From positions 204,228,001 to 204,292,000 of the forward strand of contig OX597815.1 in assembly GCA_951406725.2 (NCBI GenBank): 64,000 nucleotides of DNA, written 5' to 3'. The stretch comes from Octopus vulgaris. Taxonomy: Eukaryota. A model generated the notes under the pieces. It saw only the letters and a program-made list of their open reading frames with translations, searched no databases and was not told the origin of the DNA. Of this stretch, positions 1 through 13,883 are shown in pieces. The position numbers and the translations under genes are program-made. Numbering within the stretch: position 1 is the stretch's first letter; each line of letters opens with the position of its first letter.

Positions 1-149
1 GTTACTTAGCGGTTCGGCAAAAGAGACCGATAGAATAAGTACTGGGCTTGCAAAAGAATAAGTCCCGGGGTCGAGTTGCTCGATTAAAGGCGGTGCTCCA
101 GCATGGCCGCAGTCAAATGACTGAAACAAGTAAAAGAGTAAAAGAGTAA
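1..149 (+). mobile_element. SINE family A, 3' portion (cut by window edge)
   Basis: Matches the 3' half of the full copy at 63116-63535: ...GGCGGTGCTCCAGCATGGCCGCAGTCAAATGACTGAAACAAG followed by (TAAAAGAG)n. Confidence 0.9.
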
Positions 150-173
150 TACATACACATAGATAGATAGATA

Positions 174-287
174 AGTTTCTTTATTGGCCACACAGGGCTG
201 CACACAGATGGGACAAGTTACAAGGTAGAGCTTTTCTTTTGGGGGATGAAAAAAAACAAAAATCAAAAAACAAAAGAAAAGGTGGCG
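174..287 (-). mobile_element. 5'-truncated non-LTR 3' end with Tx1-family tail, inside a (GATA)n tract
   Basis: Minus strand ends TTGTCCCATCTGTGTGCAGCCCTGTGTGGCCAATAAAGAAAC, similar to the tails at 2153-2210 and 7660-7715. GATA repeats lie on both sides. Confidence 0.6.
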
Positions 288-288
288 T

Positions 289-355
<67 letters not shown>

Positions 356-554
356 TGCATATCCATGTACAAGGAGATAAAATGAACAGACTTTAATCTA
401 AATCAGATGAACACTTTCTGTACATTAGCAACAGCTGATAGCGGCTGAGTACCCCACATGTTATACATATTATTATATAAACATTATATGATCATGATCC
501 AGCAATAGCTGTGTGCTAGAACGTCATCAGGTGTGTGGCTGTGTGTGCATATGC

Positions 555-555
<1 letters not shown>

Positions 556-604
<49 letters not shown>

Positions 605-664
605 TGTATGTATTAATATATATACATAAATATATAGGTACATATACATATTACATGTCCATAC

Positions 665-695
<31 letters not shown>

Positions 696-760
696 TAAAT
701 ATATATATGTATATATATGTATGTATATACATGTATATATATGTCTGTGTGTGTATTTAC

Positions 761-803
<43 letters not shown>

Positions 804-905
804 TATACATATATACACATACATATATATATATACAGATGATTTTGCATATATGTATGTATTAATATATATATACATAAATATATAGGTATATATACAT
901 ATCCA

Positions 906-993
<88 letters not shown>

Positions 994-999
994 TATGTG

Positions 1000-1030
<31 letters not shown>

Positions 1031-1088
1031 GTCTGTGTATGTATTTACGTATGTATATATACATATATATATGTACATATACATATAT

Positions 1089-1127
<39 letters not shown>

Positions 1128-1170
1128 TGATTTTGCATATATGTATGTATGTATGTGCGTATGTATGTTG
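556..1170. repeat. Compound (TA)n/(CA)n microsatellite with an internal ~250-290 bp duplication
   Basis: Distinctive words recur: ACAGATGATTTTGCAT near 835 and 1123, and ATGTCTGTGT..GTATTTACGT near 741 and 1029. Confidence 0.9.
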
Positions 1171-2053
1171 ACGTGCATGTATTTCGTCCAACGAACAATT
1201 CGTGTAATCCAATCATGATTAATACAAGTTACAGCAACACTGATAACATTAATTACTCTGCTTTAGCAAATGTGTGTAATGCTGTGTGCTAAAGGTTTTG
1301 ATCGTTTGACCTCTAAATTCTTTAAACAAACGTCGGTGTATGGGGTGAGAAAATAATAGCCTTCTAATAAAATATTCATTCCAAATTGTAACCATAAAAT
1401 TAGCGTATCTGCTATCGCTCTTTTTTAGTACATTTGGAACAGCTCGGGTATATTTTTTGAAATTTTTTTGAAATTTTTGTATTATTTTATTTTAGTTTTG
1501 GTTATTCTGACTCTTTTGTTCCCAATGAAACTAAATGTCTTAAATTTTCCCATCGAAATTAGAGCACCATTAATGCTCTTTTTATTATAATGTTTCGGCA
1601 TACTTCTTTAAAACGTCCTATTCTGCTGCGTTCGTTTATAGTCTTATGGTGGTAGATTACAAGCAGAACTGAGCTGAGAACAAGTTAACTTTCTGGGCCT
1701 TCGACTGTCGCATTCAGCCTGTGTATGTTAACTAATAGAGAAAGATGAAACAAAATTTTCTGAAAAACTTCATGTAGTTTTATCATTTAATGAACTCTAT
1801 AAACTATATCATGAAATAGTAGTATGAATTAGATAATACTTGTTTGAAATAAATATACTAGACATCTTCTACTGAGTTGCGACTCAGAATAGACAGTCGG
1901 TATTAATAAAGTGACTCCTCAACTAAACGCCGTATTATAAGAAAGTATGCGAAAATATTTACTTATACAGTCACGCACGCACATAAACATATGTGTACAT
2001 ACATGCAAGTACATATACGCAGACATACATACATGCTCATATATCTATATATA

Positions 2054-2092
<39 letters not shown>

Positions 2093-2152
2093 CGCTTTTT
2101 GGGTGCAGACATTATCGAAGACCACACATAACCTCGATATCTGCCGTTCTCG

Positions 2153-4452
2153 GTTTCTTTATTAGCCACAAGGGCCCAAACATAGAGGGGGGACAAACAA
2201 GGACAGACAGGACACCACAGACGGGACAATACATAGACCGAATATGATGAGATGATTATATAATAATGGGATTATGAATGGCTGAATGCGCCCCTCATTA
2301 CTTGCATTGCCATTAATCTTTTTAAACTGTCCGTTTTTATCATGTATTTACATAATTAATTATCGTCTACCATTACAATTATTTGAACCGTTATATGTTC
2401 TCTAAGATTGTTCTTCTATTTTCCGATATTATTAAACATAACCTAAAACACTTACTCTTTCTTTTTCCTTTTTTTTTTCCTCTTTCTTTTTTCCTGTCCA
2501 TTTGACATACGTATTTACTTTTTAGTAATATTTCATCAGTGGTTCAATTTCTACTAAATCCACTACTGGTGGCAATTCTTTGAATTCCACCCTTACTCCT
2601 GGTAGGTCAATATAATCTCCACACATTTCTTGCAGTCTCTTATAACTTACCTCTTCAATTACTATCTCCTTCATATCCTCTGCATACATGTATGCTGGTA
2701 CCTTTACTCTTACTATTTGGTTGAACTTGAGTATTTTCTTTTCTGTTTCTATATTCTTCGGGTAGGTTACGTAATACCATACGCCATTTCCTTTTATTTT
2801 CTTTCCTCTATTTTGGCTTTTCTGTTCTCTCTTTTCCTCCTCCACTCTAAACAGTCTCTCCAACTCTTCTTCGGCCAGCTGAATTTCCGAATACTTTTCT
2901 ACCGGAGTAACTGGTATTTTTACTTGTAGCTCCACTTTCTTTTTACTTTCTTTCTCTGTCACCCTTTTGTCCGCCTTCCTGCTGACCTCTTTCACGGTTT
3001 CTTTTCTCATATCTTTTTTCTGGCGGAGAACCTATCCCTCCGCCCCACCTTCTCTTTTTTACAACAGTAGAATCATCATCTGTTTCCTTTGTCTCAACCT
3101 GTTCTACCCGGTCCCCGCTCTCTTGTCTCTGTACCTGCTCTGCTTGTTGCTTTTTCTGGGTGCACCATGCCTTCATGTGGCCTTTCTCACCACACCCAAA
3201 ACATAAAGGCGGCCTGCCCTCTACCTTCATTCGCAATGCAAAGCCGTCAGGCAGTACTATCGCTTCCGCAATCCTTTTTAAATCGTACACTGTTGCCTGG
3301 ATAGTGAGCTCTATCCCATATCCCCAGTAGTTGAGCTTGTTGGTTCTTGTGGCCTTTAATATTTTGGCCCCATCTTTCATATTGAACCTTATGGCTGTCA
3401 TGAGCCTTGCCTCTAGTTCTAGTTCTGGGGGTATTTGGCCTACTCGTACTCTGGCTACACGTTTGCCGCAGTACGACGGCAAAAGTATCCACCCCTCCGA
3501 TTTTATTGCCTCTGTTGCGTGTTTGATTGCCTCTTCTGACGTGAAGCACACATCCACGGTGGCACACTTCTTTCCTCTTGTTCTAAAAGTTGTTAACTTT
3601 TTAATATTTTTCAATACTTCTATCTCTTCCACTGTCGCAATCTCTATCTTTCTTGTTGCAATTCTCATAGTTTTATACGTGACTGTTCGCTTCGTTATGC
3701 TGTTTGTTAGCTCTGCAGGTGGCGTCAACTTTAACGTCTTGCCTTCCTTTTCCAGCAACTTTTCGCATGCTTTCATTTTTCAAGGTTCAACCTTCATTTT
3801 AAATGTCTCCAAAGTTTTATCTTCAGCTCATTTTCCAGTTGCGGCCGCATAACGGGGGCCGCCCGCTGGTGTTTTCTCCAATTTCATCAATGGGAAAAAT
3901 TACCATAAAAACAATAATTAACAATATCAACAAACAGCAATAACGAACAATTATTTAACGCTCTACTCACAAGAAAAACATTCCGTCTTTGAATACTTCA
4001 AAAGCGACACCTGCTATTCTGCTCTTCTCGGTTTCTTTATTAGCCACAAGGGCACAAACATAGAGGGGGACAAACAAGGACAGACAGGTCACCACAGAGG
4101 GAACAATACATAAAACGAATATGATGAGATGATTATACAATAATGGGGTTACGAATGGCTGCATGCGCCCCTCATTACATGCATTACCATTAATCTTTTT
4201 AAACTGTCCGTTTTTATTATGTATTTCCATAACAATTAATTATCGTCTACCATTACAATTATTTGAACCGTTATATGTTCTCTAAGATCGTTCTTCTATT
4301 TTCCGATATAATTAAACATCACATAAAACACTTATTCTCTCTTTTTCCTTTTTTTCTCCTTTTTCTTTTTTCTTTTCTTTGTTCCTGTCAATTTGACATG
4401 CTTATTTACTTTTTAGTAATATTTCATAAGTGGTTCAATTTCTACTAAATCC
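2153..4452 (-). mobile_element. ORF1-only (HAL1-like) Tx1-type non-LTR element plus an upstream 5'-truncated second copy, within one TSD
   Basis: TSD CTGCCGTTCTCG at 2141-2152 and 4454-4465. The segment 2147-2561 is repeated, diverged, at 4026-4451. The element has one gag-like ORF and no endonuclease or RT, and ends ...GTGGCTAATAAAGAAAC. Confidence 0.8.
2522..3887 (-). pseudogene. Disrupted ORF1/gag-like protein with CCHC zinc knuckle (~450 aa reconstructed)
   Basis: The ATG at 3887 is in frame with ORF 2943-3776, with two TGA stops in between. Contains CFGCGEKGHMKAWC (CX2CX4HX4C). A frameshift near 3010 continues into ORF 2522-3010. Homologous to the ORF1 remnant at 8915-9200. Confidence 0.8.
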
Positions 4453-4609
4453 GCTGCCGTTCTCGTTCTCCTTCGGAGGAGGGTCGTCTCGTCTGGTCTG
4501 AAACATTGAATGTCTTTTATCACCCGGCATCGTGAAGGTACGATATCCAGGTAGAAATCCCGCATCTAATGCGCGTATAAACAAAACACATACACAATGT
4601 GTCATCGAT

Positions 4610-5347
<738 letters not shown>

Positions 5348-5348
<1 letters not shown>

Positions 5349-6951
5349 GTTGCGGTAGACGCCCCCAGGTGAGAAGTGGGCTGGTCCACTACAAATAAAG
5401 AGTGGATTGACGCAGTCAGTCAGCGAACTACGCCACAGTGTACTAAAAGTGTCATATGTTGTTGTTTTTTTTATTCTGTTAATGTGGTAGACACCGTTAT
5501 TCCGAGGTTCCGAGTTCGCGTAAGTCGCTCGTTTGTTTCATGTAATTGTAACGTTATACTGTTGTTTTGCGTTTTTCTGCACTCAGTTTTTGCTGCCTTG
5601 CGGTGGTACTGCTAGCGTTTTTCCTCGGTTGAAGGGAAGATCGCTGTGAATGCTAAGACGGACAATGAGAGTCTTAGTTCGTCCCCTATGACCTCGTCCG
5701 AGGAGAACCTGAGAAGTCTGGAGAGGATTGACCAAGGAGTAGAAGAAAGGAAGAAAATAGACTTTGCAGCTGCGGCTAGTGATAAAAAAAAGAAGTCTGT
5801 ATCAACAAAAAGGAAATGCAAAAATACAAAGAAATGTTGAAGAGAGAACGATCGAGGTGAAGCTGTCAGCCGCCATCGACAACAGAAGATGTATCAAGGA
5901 AACCAGTATTGCATTCGGTACATATAACCCGAAATCCAACAAGGCGAAAATAGTGGCAAAAGAATAAATAGAAAAAGCAATAAGACCCATCTAGCAGGAT
6001 ACTATCTACTTTGCTAGAATAGAGAGAGGTGGGCAAGAAGAGGAAAAGAAGAAAACAGCAAATCAGTGAAGAAGAGCCCCAATCCATTCCCCCCACCCTT
6101 TCCCTCCGGCTCCACGTCACAAACACCCTCCCCCTGAAGACACCAGCCTTCTCCTTACCCCACCAGACACGAACACAAATAATTCGAACACGCAAGAGCC
6201 ACAAATTCCCAATCCCCCACCCGGGGAAAGGTACCTTTTCGTTTTATACAACGGTGCAAAGGTTTCAGTGAGAAAAGAAACTGAGATGGTGAACTCTGAC
6301 ATAGAGATGGACACGAAGGATTGTAAAGCGTTACACCCGAGTGTAAGGTGTTCCCCCATGTTGAAGGAGAATTATCACCAGCTAAGAGACAAATACAGGA
6401 GAGTGTCTACTATAGTGGAAGAGACATCGACCTGAACTCGTTACAGCCTAAGGTAAGATTGAGTGAAATTGCCCAGGGACAATAGGACTGAACGGTAGTT
6501 GTAACGTTAAAGCTTAGACTCAATTTTGGGCAGTAATTGTCACAGTAATGTTTTAACGGCATAAGTAAATGTTTTGTGATTGTGTACAAAAAGGGGGGAA
6601 AAAGAGCATGTAATTGCGCATAATAGGATCCAAGTATCATAGTATTTTGATTGTGTAGATGATGTTTTAGAAGAAAAAAAATGGTAAAAAGGAATTTAAT
6701 TTGTTGTAAAAAAAAAAAAAGATTCAAGAAACTCGGTCGTGGAGTCAAGGGGCATTCATTTCATTTTTCAATTCCATCTTTTCATTCGTTTTCTTTGTTT
6801 TTTCTCCCACTTTGTCAGTCCTTGTTTGTTCCCCCCCCCCCCTATATTAGGCCCAGTATGGCCAAATGCAGAAATACAGTCAGCGAGGTACGCTGTTCGG
6901 GCCAGTCCCGCCGAGACGACGAGACACGTCGTCATAATGCGGGACATAACA
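5348..6951 (+). mobile_element. Putative short solo LTR (~145 bp) interrupted by the 5427-6876 insertion
   Basis: Starts TGTT (5348) and ends AACA (6951). AATAAA lies near 5394. The segment is GC-rich and flanked by microsatellite. No clear TSD. Confidence 0.45.
5427..6876 (+). mobile_element. Second non-autonomous Tx1-tail element with decayed ORF1-like coding and no RT
   Basis: TSD CAGTCAGCGA at 5417-5426 and 6877-6886. 3' end TGTCAGTCCTTGTTTGTTCCCC...TATATTAGGCCCAGTATGGCCAAATGCAGAAATA. Broken K/E-rich ORFs span about 5646-6490. Confidence 0.7.
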
Positions 6952-6984
6952 ATATATGTGTGTGTGTGTGTGTGTTTATAATGA

Positions 6985-7297
6985 ACTCTCCCGCCGAAGA
7001 CTACGTAGTATGTGCATTCAGCTTTTGCCGAACGACCTGCACAAATGATTCGTTTATAGTGATCAGTTGTCTGTGCCGTACATTAATTCACTCCCTCCAA
7101 CAAATCGACGTTGCCTGAACAGGTGCAGGCGTCAGGTGCAACAACAACAGGCCACGTGTCAGGTGTCGAAGTGGTCAAAGAGCAGCATGAGATGAAGTAG
7201 TTTGCTCAAGAACCAACGCATAACCCGGTCTAGGAATTGAAACCACGATCTCTCGATCGTGAGTGCAACACCCTAACCACTTAGCCATGCGTCCCCC
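6985..7297 (-). mobile_element. Older tRNA-derived SINE family E
   Basis: Minus-strand head GGGGGACGCATGGCTAAGTGGTTAGG (A box) ... GGTTTCAATTCC (B box). The body matches the oppositely oriented copy at 7415-7654. Confidence 0.7.
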
Positions 7298-7362
7298 AAC
7301 ACATACACGCATATATACATATATGTGTGTATGTGTGTACTATGTATGTATGTATGTATGTA

Positions 7363-7399
<37 letters not shown>

Positions 7400-7414
7400 A
7401 TGTATGTATGCATG

Positions 7415-7654
7415 TTAGAATGTTACACTCACGATTGCGAGATCGTAGTTTCGATCCCCAGACCGAGCGCTGCGTTGTGTTCTTGATTGAACAAAGCATT
7501 TCATTTCACATTGCTCTGCGATCATTTCGTCGTCTGACATGGGGCACACGGTGCACCTGTGCAGGTAATGTCGATTTGATGGAGGGAGTGAGCCTATGTG
7601 AACACAAACATTTGATCACCAGAAACAAATCATCTGTGTGGTTGTTCGGCAAGA
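7415..7654 (+). mobile_element. SINE family E, partial; 3' side abuts the Tx1 LINE tail
   Basis: Shares TGCACCTGT..GTCGATTTG.TGGAGGGAGTGA..GTTCGGCAA with 6985-7297. Confidence 0.7.
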
Positions 7655-9865
<2,211 letters not shown>

Positions 9866-9999
9866 CAGGGAGCTTCAAAAATGTATTCATACTTGAACAG
9901 CTGATAACTCAGTTTCCATTTCATTTGAAATTTAAAACATTTGACATAATGACTGGTGATAGTCGTTAGTACCGGAAGTTTGAAAACAGCTGAATTATA

Positions 10000-10727
10000 A
10001 GAGACATAATAGGCGAAGATCCACCTATGCGAATTAGAGATAAGTTTGTAGCAGATGGAACTACAGGAAACGCTCCGGAAGACGGCCGACATTGACAAAC
10101 TTCACAAAATGAGAAAGGGTACTAGATATATTTCGCCAGATTTCAAGAAAATTTGTGTGGCATGCGAGTCATGAGATAACATTTTCAAAATGAAACATCT
10201 TTCGAATTTTGAAGTGCTGTCATGGAGAAATTTACATTCCAAGGATAGTCTATGCTCTCATTGAGCAGTTTTGCTGGTGGTGCCCGGAATAATGTATCGA
10301 AGATGCACACTTTCCAAAAATGATCGTTTGGAGTGATGAGGCTACATATAAATCAAATGGCTCAATTTACTGTCACAGTTGCACTCTACTGGAAATTTGT
10401 GAACCTGCATATAACAAAGAAGCAACATAATTACTTTAGGAGGAGTGACAGTATGGCATATCATCAAAAGGATCAGTTGGACTGTTCTCTTTTGCTTGTA
10501 GTGTGATTACTCTCATTTGCTTGAACTTTTATTTGATGCTTGCGATTCCATTGTTTCGCATAATCAGCAGTGCGCAATCAAAACAGTCATGCGTTTGAAA
10601 AACAGGTTTTCATAAAATCTTAAATTGTGTTAGTAGATTCTATTCAGATTTGAAAGCGAGATGCATTTTAATAAACGTTGACTTTATAATCGTTCAATGC
10701 GTCTATACATTTTTTGGACACCCTGTA
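10000..10727 (+). mobile_element. Decayed Tc1/mariner-superfamily transposon, 3' part
   Basis: [14 protein letters not shown] near 10326 (first catalytic D motif). Right terminus TTTTTTGGACACCCTG followed by TA. Confidence 0.6.
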
Positions 10728-10794
10728 TACATACACAACGAGAAAATGAGATCAATGACACATTGACGGCAGAAGTCTTTCTTCTCTCATACAT

Positions 10795-10904
<110 letters not shown>

Positions 10905-11283
10905 TGTATGAAATTTATATATTGTACTTGGAAGGTAAGGAAAATTGTTCCCTTCAACTGAATCGCATATTAAATGTTAATCATAATATATATTTCAAAC
11001 TGAATTAGAAACCACACATTTGCTTAATAATTAAGATTTAGTTTCAGTCCTAGAGAGTAATGGTTTATTTGCTTCTCCAGGGACCATATAAATGCAGTAT
11101 ACATGTAGATACGTACATACATTCTTACATATACGTGAATATACATATGTTTGTATATGTGTATATATATAACTATATATATATATATATAATATATATA
11201 TATATATATAGTTAATCCAAACATGAACAAAGAGAAAGCACAACAACGCGAGGACGTGAAACAAGTATAGTGTTATTGGATGC

Positions 11284-12527
11284 TAGGGTCATCCCATAAA
11301 TAATGCGGTTTTTTTTTCAATTGCCTGAATATTAGAGGGAGATAGAATAAACTGCATCAACTTGTTATAAAAGCAAGTGGTAATTTTACCTTGTACTTAT
11401 TCTTGGTGCAACTTTTGGAGTGTGTAGTTCGATTTTAATAGTTATTTTTTCAAAGCTATAATGGAGGTAACAAAGGAGATATTTAGAATATTTTGCTTTA
11501 TGAGTTCAAGAAAGGCAACAACGCAACGGAAAGTGCGAGGAATATTAATGCAGTATATGGGGATCAGACAATAAGCGTAAGGCAGTATCAACGATGGTTC
11601 CAGAATTTATAAGCCAAAAGCTACAGCCTTGAAGACGAGCCTTGTCCTGGAAGATCTGTAGAGCTCGACGAGGACGTTCTGCAAAACTTAGTGGAACAAT
11701 ATTCCATTGTAGCTGATCAGGAACGAGCGGAGGATCTTAGATCTGATAATTCAACCATTAATCGACACCTGTGTGGCATCGGAAAAGTCAGCAAATTGGG
11801 TCAATGGGTTCTTCACAAATTTACCGAGTCTAATCACGTGCAGAGAATGAATGTGTCCTCTTCTTTGCTGTCGTCTCCCGAATTTTTCGGACTGAATAGT
11901 CACTCGTGACGAGAAATGTGTTCTCTACAAAAATGTTAAATGCCGAAGACAGTGAGTAGGGAAAGTAGAAACACCAGTACTCCGGGCTAAAGAAGGTCTT
12001 CATCCACGTAAGGTATTGTTATTTGTTTGGTGGAATAGTTCACTTTGAGCTTTTAAACCCAAACTAAATGATAACAAAGGAGATCTAAAGCGAGCAGCTT
12101 GAGCGGCTTAAGTCAGCGCTAGAAGAAAAACGACCATCTTTGATTTCAAGACGAAAGGTGTTCTTCCATGAGAATAATGCTCGGCCACATACAGCGAGGA
12201 TGACATTCCAAAGGCTGGAGCAGTTTGAATGGGAAACGATGCCTCATCCGCCATATACGTCGGACTTTGCCCCATCTGATTATCATATATTCCGCTGTCT
12301 TCAAAATCATTTGGACAGAAAAAAATATGAATTCCGTAGACGAAGTCAGAACAGCACTGGAGGAATATTTTTTATTACGAGCAAGTGAAAGTCTACTATA
12401 TAGATGGAACAGCATTGTAGGAAATTAAGAAGAGTATACTTTAGATTAAAAAAGAACCTTGTTTATGTTAATTTTGAAAAATAAAAGAGGCATAAAATAA
12501 AACCGCATTATTTATGGGGTGACCCAA
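11284..12527 (+). mobile_element. Full-length decayed mariner (DD34D) element
   Basis: TIRs GGGTCATCCCATAAATAATGCGGTTT and AAACCGCATTATTTATGGGGTGACCC. The transposase pseudogene starts at ATG 11461 and includes HENNARPH and HPPYTSDFAPSDY, with many stops and frameshifts. Confidence 0.93.
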
Positions 12528-12537
12528 TGTATATATG

Positions 12538-13211
12538 TGATGGTGAGGCCATATTATTCGAATGGCAGATGAACGCATGCCGAAATAGCTGTTTTATGGT
12601 GAGCTTTTCAGAGGGGAAACGCTATCGGCGTAAACCTAAAAAAAAAGGTTTAAGGACGGCATAAGGACTACTATGAAGTTACTTGGAATGGATCGAGAAA
12701 ACATAGAAACCCTTGCTTCGGATTGAGTTGGATGGCGAACAAAAGTGTGGAGAGGGGTGAAAGCATTTGAAGAAGCCAGTATAACACAAGTAAGACTCAA
12801 AAGAGATCTAAGGAAGAATGTAACGATCGAGAAGGTGAATGATAATGACTTTTTTATGTGCAGTCTGTGACAGACCATGCTTGTCTCTTGCTGGGCTCAA
12901 ATCTCATCTGTGAACCCATGGAAAACGAACCTCCACCAACTATTCTATTATTCTGCCTATATGTTTGTGCATACCTTTGAATGCAGTGTATGCCAGAAGG
13001 TTTGCAAATATAACGGAAGCCTCAAAAGACATTTTAAGATCCACAGAGATCAGAACTTAACTGCAGCCCTGGTGACCCAAATCGGATGTGCAATCTATGT
13101 GGGTGTCTTTTCAGCACTTGTCTGGTTTACAAAGCCACATCATATGCCATGATGGTGCTAAGGTGTAGGTACAGGAGATGGTCAAACGCTGCATAAGGAG
13201 TAGACAACCAC
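12538..13211 (+). mobile_element. RTE-clade LINE 3' fragment with C-terminal C2H2-type fingers
   Basis: GHIIRMADERMPK*LFYGEL...RFKD (RTE C-terminus), then FLCAVCDRPCLSLAGLKSHL*TH and FECSVCQKVCKYNGSLKRHFKIH. Confidence 0.8.
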
Positions 13212-13287
13212 CATACACACACACACACACACACAAGCATATGTGTGTGTATGTATGTGAGTGCTTGTTGTGTGTGTATATATATAT

Positions 13288-13472
13288 CTTTTCTACTCTA
13301 GGCACAAGGCCCAAAATTTTGGGGGAGGTGGCCAGTCGATTAGATAGACCTCATTACGCAACTAGTACTTAATTTATCGACCCCGAAAGGATAAAAGGCA
13401 AAGCCAACCTCGGCGGAATTTGAACTCAGAACTAAAGACAACATCTTGCCCGGCGTTTCTGCCAGCTCGCCT

Positions 13473-13473
<1 letters not shown>
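13288..13473 (-). mobile_element. SINE family C (Meta-domain-like), variant tail
   Basis: Minus-strand head GGCGAGCTGGCAGAAACG...GAGTTCAAATTCCGCCGAGG and core CCTTTCGGGGTCGATAAATTAAGTAC. Confidence 0.8.
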
Positions 13474-13527
<54 letters not shown>

Positions 13528-13559
13528 TGTCTTGGTGTATCTCAGGCAACATAGTTAGA

Positions 13560-13801
13560 ATAAGGGCGTTCGTACTAGAGGTTGAGAAGGTAAAATAAAG
13601 GTGTGAAATGAAACATAATAAACGATAAAAGTTCAATAAAAAGTGGTACAGTACACGGAACTATGAGCAGGTTTAATTTTCATATTAGTTTTATGGATAT
13701 AAACGTTTCCAAAACTTTTACGGATGTAAAATATTAAGGATATATAAAAGGTTTATGGATGTATAAATAGGTAGATATATAGACAGACAGATAGGTAGGT
13801 C

Positions 13802-13883
<82 letters not shown>

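Noticed and set aside
527-1218. Long [12 protein letters not shown] ORFs, also at 4766-5398, 47347-47919, 48471-49060 and 58667-59284
   Set aside because: They are translations of dinucleotide microsatellites that lack stop codons.
2091-2152. U2 snRNA target site (ATCGCTT start) for a Tx1 element
   Set aside because: The similarity stops after 7 nt and the rest does not match U2.
3331-3852. 173-aa plus-strand ORF, and the antisense ORFs at 52800-53291 and 53533-53862
   Set aside because: They are antisense shadows of retroelement coding frames.
2147-4451. LTR retrotransposon or TRIM interpretation of the ~420-bp direct repeats
   Set aside because: There are no TG...CA ends, PBS or PPT. The repeat overlaps the ORF end, and the 12-bp TSD and ORF1 homology point to a Tx1-type non-LTR element.
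12959-13045. Host C2H2 zinc-finger gene exon
   Set aside because: It is contiguous with an RTE ORF2 C-terminus that contains stops, so it is treated as part of the LINE.
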